This document shows, one piece after another, positions 57,366-64,000 of a stretch of DNA of 64,000 nt; position 1 is the first letter of the stretch, and each line of letters starts with the position of its first letter. This stretch comes from an uncultured Flavobacteriales bacterium (GTDB lineage: Bacteria; Bacteroidota; Bacteroidia; Flavobacteriales; UBA1820). The notes under the pieces were generated by a model. It did not search any database. It was not told the DNA's origin and worked only from the letters and a program-made list of their open reading frames with translations. Location: positions 135,938 through 199,937 of the forward strand of contig CABQBC010000001.1 of assembly GCA_902462305.1 (NCBI GenBank). The letters are read 5' to 3'. The translations under genes and the position numbers were made by a program.

Positions 57366-58829
57366 TTATTTTTTTGATTTTGGCTCTATGCCAACTTTGT
57401 TTAAATAATCATCTATTTTACTCCGTTCATCAGGAGGTAAATTTTCATATACTGGAGAACCTTGCGTTCCTCCATAAGGAACATATTTGTAAAAATCAGC
57501 ATCCTGTCCCGGATATACCTGACGCAATATGTCCCTGTAAAAATCCGTATTTATCATCTTATCATGCTGGTAATCGTTGACATCTATCAAAGTCCTATCA
57601 GGAGGATAAAGTCCCATTTCTGTACCGATAAGATGACCAAATTCATGAGTAATCACACCAAAAACAGCTTCTGGAGAGGCTGTTGCCGCGAAAACAGGAT
57701 CATAATATATCTTATAACTTGGAGGAGCATTTTTATAAAATTGTACTTCAGTCACCGCTTTACGACTAAGAGGCGAGTCCGATATTCTTATTTGTAAATC
57801 ATTCCTTCTTGCTACATTATAAATAAAAGCCCTATTCTCCGGAGATAATTTATTTATAAAATCCATAGTAGATTTATCGAATAATTCCACACCTGTCTTC
57901 ATAATTGCAGGCGTATCATTATCACCGCCTCCTCCGTCACCCGGCCCGCTCGGATCGGGGTCGGGGTCCACAGGTGGAACCGGGTCGGTATCGGTAGTAT
58001 CGCGTACATACGCGGTACAATCGGTTCCGTTGCAGTCCATGTCGCCGCAATACGGACACGGCCTAACCATACACCATTCCGGAAAATAAGAACAGAAGTG
58101 CACAGGGTCGTAATTGTACACAGGCAGCCAACCCTTTATTATCACTTCATCGAGTGTCGAAATATCCTGCCCGTCCCATACGGGTACTGTCGTCGAGCCT
58201 GGATTCGGCGGCTCGTCTCCATCGCCGCCCTGCGCCTGGGAAACCATTACCGCAGGGACTAACAGGCCGCGTTTTACCGGAGCACGCGATGTGTCTATCC
58301 GGCCGTCGGTGTAACCTACTCTTCCCAACAGTTTCTTGCTCATGTCAAAGAAAAGCAGATCCCCGGTAAAATCCATCATGTTAAGCGGAGAAATGTACAT
58401 GGCGTCGATACCCGCTTTTTTCAGATAAGCCGTGTCGCCTACGGCGGATGTCAACGTACTATACTGCCTGCCCAGGGAATCCTGGTAGAGAGTAAGCCAT
58501 ACGGAAGGGTGCATGTAACGATGGCGTTCACTTTCCGGGAACTCCGTCGCATCGTAGTTGAAGTAATAATCGCCGGGAGAGGTGCGTACACATACGAGTA
58601 CCGCTTTGCTGCTGTCGTCCCATTGGTACGAACCGGCCGTTTCCCAGTTCAAATCGAGGCCCGCGGACGGATGCGCCGCGGTAAAAGAGGTCTTCTGGCC
58701 CTTTACTATGTCATTTTCTTTCGTCATATGAGCGTCGTATCCATACTGGTAACTCGTCATTTTCGAGCAGGATACCACGCATCCCAATACAGCTATGGGC
58801 AAAAAGACTTTAAAAGTCTTTTTTCTCAT
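57366..58829 (-). CDS. lipoprotein with a Cys-rich module, a Pro/Asp/Gly linker and a C-terminal HExxH (HEFGH) zincin-like domain; candidate polymorphic toxin
   Basis: 487 aa with lipobox AVLGCVVSC. The Cys cluster is HFCSYFPEWCMVRPCPYCGDMDCNGTDC and the linker is DTDPVPPVDPDPDPSGPGDGGGGDND. The C-terminal roughly 175 aa contain VITHEFGHLIG. Confidence 0.65.
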   Translation of the reverse strand: MRKKTFKVFLPIAVLGCVVSCSKMTSYQYGYDAHMTKENDIVKGQKTSFTAAHPSAGLDLNWETAGSYQWDDSSKAVLVCVRTSPGDYYFNYDATEFPESERHRYMHPSVWLTLYQDSLGRQYSTLTSAVGDTAYLKKAGIDAMYISPLNMMDFTGDLLFFDMSKKLLGRVGYTDGRIDTSRAPVKRGLLVPAVMVSQAQGGDGDEPPNPGSTTVPVWDGQDISTLDEVIIKGWLPVYNYDPVHFCSYFPEWCMVRPCPYCGDMDCNGTDCTAYVRDTTDTDPVPPVDPDPDPSGPGDGGGGDNDTPAIMKTGVELFDKSTMDFINKLSPENRAFIYNVARRNDLQIRISDSPLSRKAVTEVQFYKNAPPSYKIYYDPVFAATASPEAVFGVITHEFGHLIGTEMGLYPPDRTLIDVNDYQHDKMINTDFYRDILRQVYPGQDADFYKYVPYGGTQGSPVYENLPPDERSKIDDYLNKVGIEPKSKK

Positions 58830-58877
58830 AATAATGTTGTATCAGTTTGTTAATACCATTGAGTGAGGCCTCAGGGT

Positions 58878-58885
58878 CAAATATA
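58878..58885 (-). promoter_or_regulatory. -7 box TATATTTG upstream of the lipoprotein gene
   Basis: Plus-strand caaatata, about 50 nt upstream of the ATG at 58829. A perfect 10-bp palindrome tgaggcctca (58864-58873) sits just downstream of it. Confidence 0.45.
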
Positions 58886-59062
58886 AACAAAAAATAACAT
58901 AACACAAGTCCGACGACAAAAATTACCATAAATTCAAAGAACAAACGAAAACCCTACGCAATTTTCAAACAAACGCCTGGAAAACATAGAGTTTTCTCAA
59001 ACAAATATTCACGCGGCATCATTGATACGGCTAATGCACTACACATCAGCGCAGTGTGCTTT

Positions 59063-60106
59063 TCATCTACATTTATAATGTACGTCCGGGAGTTCCCTCA
59101 GCCGGCGCGCGGCAGCCTCGGCCGTTATATCCCTTTGTGGGTTGGCGAACATCTCGTAACCGACCATGAATTTTTTGACCGTAGCCGAACGCAGCAACGG
59201 AGGATAGAACGACATGTGCATCTGCCACTCGGGATGAGGGCCGTCGGTGGGCGACTGGTGTATCCCGGCAGAATACGGGAACGAACATTCGAACATATTA
59301 TCGTATCTGACAGTTACGTTTTTCACGGCATCGGCAAAACTGTCGCGTTCGGCGCGGTTAAGTTCCGTCAGGCATGCCACATGCCGCCTTGGTATTATCA
59401 TTGTCTCGAAAGGCCATACCGCCCAGAAGGGCACGAGTGCGGCGAAATGTTCGTTTTCGTAAACCATCCTCGTACCGGCCTTAAGCTCGACATTCAGATA
59501 GTCAGTAAGAAGTATCCTTCCCGTACGGCCCGCGTATTTTCTTTGGTGTTCGGTTTTCTTGCGCACTTCTTCCGGTACGGACTCCTGCGCCCATATCTGA
59601 CAGTGCGGATGCGGATTGGAATTGCCCATCAGCTCGCCTTTGTTCTCGAATATCTGAACGTTGCTTATCCAGTCCACAGCTCCCAGTTCGGCATATTGTC
59701 CGGCCCATACGTCCACTACTTTACCTATGTCCGCCACGTCCATTTCGGCCAGGGTGAGGCTGTGGTCCGGCGAAAAGTCTATAACCCGGCATATCCCGCG
59801 CTCGCTCCTTGCCACAAGCAACCCGTCAAGGTCGTAACTACCTGAAGGAGAATCGGGCAAAAGCGCTGAAAAATCGTTGGTAAATACGAACGTTTCTTTA
59901 TAATCGGGATTTACCTGCCCGTTTGCTCGTACATTGCCGGGACAAAGCTGGCACGATGGATCGTAATGCGGTTTTTCGACTACGGCCGGTTTTTCCACCT
60001 TGCCGTTCCACGGGCGTTTCATCCGGTGCGGCGACACCAATACCCACTCACCTGTCAGGATATTGAGCCGGCGGTGCGAATGTTCCTCGAAACTGAATTT
60101 TTCCAT
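59063..60106 (-). CDS. galT: UDP-glucose--hexose-1-phosphate uridylyltransferase
   Basis: 347 aa with the zinc site CQLCPGN and the active-site motif [10 protein letters not shown] (HxHxQ). Confidence 0.9.
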   Translation of the reverse strand: MEKFSFEEHSHRRLNILTGEWVLVSPHRMKRPWNGKVEKPAVVEKPHYDPSCQLCPGNVRANGQVNPDYKETFVFTNDFSALLPDSPSGSYDLDGLLVARSERGICRVIDFSPDHSLTLAEMDVADIGKVVDVWAGQYAELGAVDWISNVQIFENKGELMGNSNPHPHCQIWAQESVPEEVRKKTEHQRKYAGRTGRILLTDYLNVELKAGTRMVYENEHFAALVPFWAVWPFETMIIPRRHVACLTELNRAERDSFADAVKNVTVRYDNMFECSFPYSAGIHQSPTDGPHPEWQMHMSFYPPLLRSATVKKFMVGYEMFANPQRDITAEAAARRLRELPDVHYKCR

Positions 60107-60125
60107 TGCTGAGACACGGTTGTTT

Positions 60126-61280
60126 TTACGCTTTCACTTCGTGGCATCCTTCCTTTACGGACGTCTTGTAAGCCGTCATGTCCGTTCCTGTCTGTTTCTT
60201 GTACGCGGCGGCAGCTTTTCCGATAAAAGTATCGGCATACGAGCCTTTCACGATATTTATCGTACATCCGCCGAAACCTCCGCCCATCATGCGCGAACCG
60301 AGTACATTTTCGTCGTCGCGTGTAATATTTACCAGAAAATCCAGTTCAGGACAGCTGACTTCATATTCTTCGGACAGTCCGTCGTGAGTGGCGTACATGA
60401 GCCTGCCAACGGCTTCCATATCGCCTTTTTTCATGTTTTCACACGCCTGTTCCACCCTGACCACCTCGCCTGTGACATAATGCAGGCGCTTGTACACCAC
60501 CGGAGGGAATTTATCCTTTTCCGCCTCCAGCTGCCCGACAGTAACATCCCGCAGGGAGGACACGCCGAAAAGTTTTTTACATATTTCAAGCCCCTGCTCG
60601 CACTCGTGGCGGCGGGTATTGTACTCAGATGATGCCAGCGAATGCTTGACGTTGGTATTGCACAACACTACGATGTTATCGCCCAGTTCAAACGGGAAAT
60701 ATTCATGCGAGAGGTCGCGGCAATCAAGGCGTATCACCGAGTTTTCGCGGCCCATTACGCTTGCGAACTGGTCCATAATACCGCATTTTACGCCTGCGAA
60801 CGTATGCTCCACCATTTGTCCGGTACGTGCTATGTCTTCTTTTTCCATTGCAAGCGAAAAAATGGCATTCAAAGCTGTCAGTGCGCCGCATTCCAATGCA
60901 GCGGATGACGAAAGACCGGCCCCAAGCGGTATATCGCCGCCGAACACCATGTCGAATCCCGATATTTTGCAGCCTTTTTTTTGCAGCTGGTCGCACACGC
61001 CCATAAGGTATGTAGCCCAGAAACCTGGTGCGGGAGCCAGGCTATCAAGTGAAAATTCGTACCCCTGACCGAGATCAGCGGCCCACAACCGCACTTTTTG
61101 TTCATCCCCGTTAGCTGCCACGGCGAAATTCATTGCTTTGTCTATCGCTGCCGGGAGCACGTAACCGTCGTTATAGTCCGTGTGTTCGCCTATTATGTTT
61201 ATGCGACCCGGCGCTTTGAATACGCGCGGAGAAGATGAAAATTTCTCTCTGAAAATACGTACTATGTCTTTTTCCTGCAT
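60126..61280 (-). CDS. galK: galactokinase
   Basis: 384 aa with the galactokinase signature [19 protein letters not shown] and the GHMP ATP motif [13 protein letters not shown]. Confidence 0.95.
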   Translation of the reverse strand: MQEKDIVRIFREKFSSSPRVFKAPGRINIIGEHTDYNDGYVLPAAIDKAMNFAVAANGDEQKVRLWAADLGQGYEFSLDSLAPAPGFWATYLMGVCDQLQKKGCKISGFDMVFGGDIPLGAGLSSSAALECGALTALNAIFSLAMEKEDIARTGQMVEHTFAGVKCGIMDQFASVMGRENSVIRLDCRDLSHEYFPFELGDNIVVLCNTNVKHSLASSEYNTRRHECEQGLEICKKLFGVSSLRDVTVGQLEAEKDKFPPVVYKRLHYVTGEVVRVEQACENMKKGDMEAVGRLMYATHDGLSEEYEVSCPELDFLVNITRDDENVLGSRMMGGGFGGCTINIVKGSYADTFIGKAAAAYKKQTGTDMTAYKTSVKEGCHEVKA

Positions 61281-61347
61281 GTGTAGTGTGTTCTTTAGTT
61301 TTCCGCCGGAATATCACGGCGGTTATCCGAGTTTTTTTCCGTTTTTA

Positions 61348-61355
61348 CAAATGTA
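61348..61355 (-). promoter_or_regulatory. -7 box TACATTTG upstream of galK
   Basis: Plus-strand caaatgta, about 70 nt upstream of the ATG at 61280. Confidence 0.4.
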
Positions 61356-61370
61356 ACGCAAACGGTCAAA

Positions 61371-61399
61371 AAAAACAGCATGTATGACATGCTGTTTTT
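61371..61399 (-). terminator. intrinsic terminator of ribB
   Basis: aaaaacagcatg-tatga-catgctgttttt, with a T tract on the minus strand. Confidence 0.65.
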
Positions 61400-61475
61400 C
61401 ATCGATCTTTACCCCGCGCGGGAAGCCGCCGTTTTTCAGGCCATAACGGGAAAATCGGTTTTCCCCACATAAATT

Positions 61476-62105
61476 TCAGATATTATGCGCCTTACGATAT
61501 TCCACCAAAGATTCTATCGAGATAACCCTGAGCGAATGTTCACGCGCTATTTCGAGAAGCTGCGGCAGGCGCGCCATAGTCCCGTCGTGGTTCATTATTT
61601 CTATCAAGGCGCCGGCAGGCTGAAGTCCGCATATACGCGCCATGTCCACTACGGCCTCGGTATGCCCGTTGCGTTCCAGCACCCCGCCGGGACGCGCTTT
61701 CAATGCAAAAATATGACCTGGACGGCCTAACTGCTCCGCACGTGTGGACGGACAGGCCAGCGCGCGTATCGTTGCGGCGCGGTCACTGGCGGAAACTCCG
61801 GTAGTGCATCCTTCGCCCAAGAGGTCCACCGATACGGTAAAAGGCGTGCCTAGGTGTGATGTGTTTTCCCTGACCATCATATCCATTTCAAGACGTTCGC
61901 AAAGCTCCGGCGCCATAGGAGCGCACAACACCCCGCGTCCGTGATGCAGCATGAAATTGACTGTTTCGGGCGTTATTTTTTCCGCCGCGCAGACGAAATC
62001 TCCCTCGTTCTCCCGGTCCTGGTCATCCACAACTATCAATAACTTGCCGGCTTTGAAATCTTCAAGCGCATCTTCTATCCTACTGAGGGTCGTCATATTG
62101 CTCAT
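61476..62105 (-). CDS. ribB: 3,4-dihydroxy-2-butanone-4-phosphate synthase (stand-alone, no GTP cyclohydrolase II domain)
   Basis: 209 aa with [14 protein letters not shown] and GRPGHIFAL. The ORF ends after the DHBP synthase domain. It overlaps the upstream lptF/G-like gene by 26 nt. Confidence 0.9.
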   Translation of the reverse strand: MSNMTTLSRIEDALEDFKAGKLLIVVDDQDRENEGDFVCAAEKITPETVNFMLHHGRGVLCAPMAPELCERLEMDMMVRENTSHLGTPFTVSVDLLGEGCTTGVSASDRAATIRALACPSTRAEQLGRPGHIFALKARPGGVLERNGHTEAVVDMARICGLQPAGALIEIMNHDGTMARLPQLLEIAREHSLRVISIESLVEYRKAHNI

Positions 62106-63600
62106 CTTCGTTTTTTTTCCTTTTTAAAAATTTGAGTTTGTCTTTGTATTTCTGAGGCACACGCGCCCACTGGCGGTCCATGAAATTAAGAAGCGGATCG
62201 AGGTTTACTATCACCGCATCCTTCGTAGCGCGGTACGTGAGCCATATTCCGAACGGCAGAAGTATCCACGTGGGAAGCCAGCGCGCCGTAACCACGTCAA
62301 GCGTCCCCTCCTTGCCCATCCTCTCTCCGGTCATAAACAGTATGTGGTATATCATGAAGATACCTATGGCCACCACAACGGGAAGTCCCAGCCCTCCCTT
62401 GCGTATCAATGCGCCCAGCGGGGCCCCTATGAAAAACAGTACTATCACCGAAAACGCGAGCGCGTATTTGCGCTGTATTTCCAGTCCGTAGTTATTTACC
62501 ATCGAGGATGCCAGACGGAGCGATTCGGAGTAAGTGTCAAGATATTCGTAGTCCGAGCGCACCTTTGCCACTGCCGAACGGTATATCTCGCCCTTGTCGA
62601 AAAACCCGTCGTCTGCCAGATATTCAATCGCTGGGCGCAACGTGTCGGAAACGCCAGAAGTATCGCGCTTGAGTGTGCTGTCCGACGGCACCTCACGCAG
62701 ATATCCGCGTGTTTCGATATCCTGGGCGAACATCTCTATCTGCTTGGTGAACTGACCTTTCAGGGAATCGAGGATATAGCTCAGCTGCTCGATATCGAGC
62801 ATAGTATGACGTCCGCTTTCGTTTTCCTTGCTTATGTTGTCGATACTGAATGCAGATATGTCGATAGGAAAGACCTGACGGTCGAACGTAGTCTTGTTGA
62901 CCCTCTGGCGGCGGCGTTCCACATAACTGCTGGACACATCCATATCGTCCATGTAGCCGTTATAAAGCGTAAGTATCATATAACGCTTGTCGTCCGAAGT
63001 AGTTATCGAGCCCGACTCCCCCACTATGACGGTCTTTACCCCCGAATGGTCGCTAAGGTCGTATATCAACGCACCTCGGATACTGTCTTTTTTCTCATCC
63101 GATGTAGGCAGTTTTTCATTGACCCTTATCGAGAAATCGCCAACCGAAGTGAACACGCCCGGTTCGAGGTTGAGCGATGGTTTCTGGTTCACGATATTGC
63201 GCAGCATGTTCTCGTACTTGAAGTTGGCGTACGGTATCACCTTGTTGGCAAAAAGGAACGCCCCGTACGATACGAACGCCATAAGCACTATAAGCGAGAG
63301 CATTATACGGAAAAGGGGGATACCTGCGGCTTTAAATGCCGAAAGTTCGCTGTTTTCCGACAGGTTTCCGAAAGTCATTATCGAGGACAGGAGTATGGCC
63401 ACAGGCAAAGCCATGGGAACCATGGCTGCGCTCATGTACATCATCATCTCGGCGATGGGCAGAACACCGATTCCCTTGCCTATTATATCGTCCGCATAGA
63501 GCCACAGTATCTGCAGTACAAACACCAGCAACACCACGAAAAACGTGGCGAAAAACGGCAGTAGAAACGATTTAAGTATGTACCTGTCTAATATTTTCAT
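62080..63600 (-). CDS. LptF/LptG (YjgP/YjgQ) family permease
   Basis: 506 aa. The N-terminus is [30 protein letters not shown]. Three TM helices are followed by a periplasmic domain, three more TM helices and a charged C-terminal tail. Confidence 0.8.
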   Translation of the reverse strand: MKILDRYILKSFLLPFFATFFVVLLVFVLQILWLYADDIIGKGIGVLPIAEMMMYMSAAMVPMALPVAILLSSIMTFGNLSENSELSAFKAAGIPLFRIMLSLIVLMAFVSYGAFLFANKVIPYANFKYENMLRNIVNQKPSLNLEPGVFTSVGDFSIRVNEKLPTSDEKKDSIRGALIYDLSDHSGVKTVIVGESGSITTSDDKRYMILTLYNGYMDDMDVSSSYVERRRQRVNKTTFDRQVFPIDISAFSIDNISKENESGRHTMLDIEQLSYILDSLKGQFTKQIEMFAQDIETRGYLREVPSDSTLKRDTSGVSDTLRPAIEYLADDGFFDKGEIYRSAVAKVRSDYEYLDTYSESLRLASSMVNNYGLEIQRKYALAFSVIVLFFIGAPLGALIRKGGLGLPVVVAIGIFMIYHILFMTGERMGKEGTLDVVTARWLPTWILLPFGIWLTYRATKDAVIVNLDPLLNFMDRQWARVPQKYKDKLKFLKRKKNEDEQYDDPQ

Positions 63601-63693
63601 TCTTTTTCCCGTCTTCCGGTTTGTAGGTTTGCCGTTTTCGGCTGAAACCGTCGCTTTGCGCCCGCTTCAGATATACCGGAACACTTGCTGATT

Positions 63694-64000
63694 TTATGGT
63701 TCGGCTATGTAATAACCTTCTTTTTTGTATTTACCTCGGTCGAATGAAAACATAGCCGCTTCGGTTTTGTACTCTCTGTCTATGCCCGTAACCTTCAGAT
63801 AAGTACTGCCTGCGGAGCGGGACTTTTCGGTCACATCGACCAGCATCTTCGTGGCCGTGTCTATACCGACGAGTACGTATTCCGTAGCGCTCCGGGTATT
63901 TTTCGGCGTAAGGCGCAGGTATTGCACCGTACCTTTACGCTCCCCTGACAAAACCGCGAAATCACGCGCAAATGTATTCAAAATATCTGAAATCGACCCC
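63694..64000 (-). CDS. LolA-like outer-membrane lipoprotein carrier protein, C-terminal part (open to the window edge)
   Basis: The reading frame stays open beyond the listed TTG start to position 64000. The C-terminal beta-rich sequence (QYLRLTPKN...YLKVTGID...FSFDRGKY) resembles LolA. The assignment is weak. Confidence 0.45.
   Translation of the reverse strand, partial: GSISDILNTFARDFAVLSGERKGTVQYLRLTPKNTRSATEYVLVGIDTATKMLVDVTEKSRSAGSTYLKVTGIDREYKTEAAMFSFDRGKYKKEGYYIAEP

Noticed and set aside
56045-59062. Classical tRNA-integrated genomic island (integrase plus att direct repeat)
   Set aside because: No integrase or recombinase gene is present. I could not find a direct repeat of the tRNA-Lys 3' end between 58830 and 59062. 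The AT-rich block starts inside a gene at about 57900, not at an att-like boundary. Recombination into a resident gene fits better than site-specific integration.

Overview
This 64-kb chromosomal window reads as a Bacteroidota (Bacteroidales-type) genome, an inference from sequence features only. It is about 50% GC, has many TAnnTTTG (-7) promoter boxes, and carries lipoprotein-rich paralog families and SusC-like motifs. I call about 60 protein genes and one tRNA-Lys(CTT). I see no rRNA, CRISPR array, transposase or integrase. The backbone is housekeeping: a tgt fragment, lysA, thyA-folA, ruvC, tatA, rsgA, rlmN, a polyprenyl synthase, surE-lpxB, comEC, serS, comM/yifB, dcp, metK, recX, trpB, galT-galK, ribB, lptF/G and a lolA-like fragment. 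There is also a standard TetR-TolC-HlyD-2xABC-2xABC2 efflux operon. Seven things stand out. (1) Next to tRNA-Lys, a lipoprotein gene drops from about 57% to 35% GC exactly at a Pro/Asp linker. Its AT-rich C-terminal HEFGH domain is followed by two mosaic secreted paralogs, which looks like a polymorphic toxin/immunity cassette; this is my top candidate. (2) An orphan consensus promoter and an intrinsic terminator bracket a C-depleted, ORF-free RNA of about 115 nt in an AT-rich gap. (3) A perfect 80-bp tandem repeat (about 4 copies) ends in a -7 promoter box, and degenerate copies sit upstream of two other genes. (4) Three same-strand paralogs look like barrel-less SusC N-termini. (5) Four tandem copies plus one separate copy of a beta-propeller lipoprotein family are present. 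(6) A fused AdoMet decarboxylase/spermidine synthase is translationally coupled to a ureohydrolase. (7) A sensor-less histidine kinase is translationally coupled to thyA-folA. All family names come from motif recognition by eye and need HMM or BLAST confirmation.
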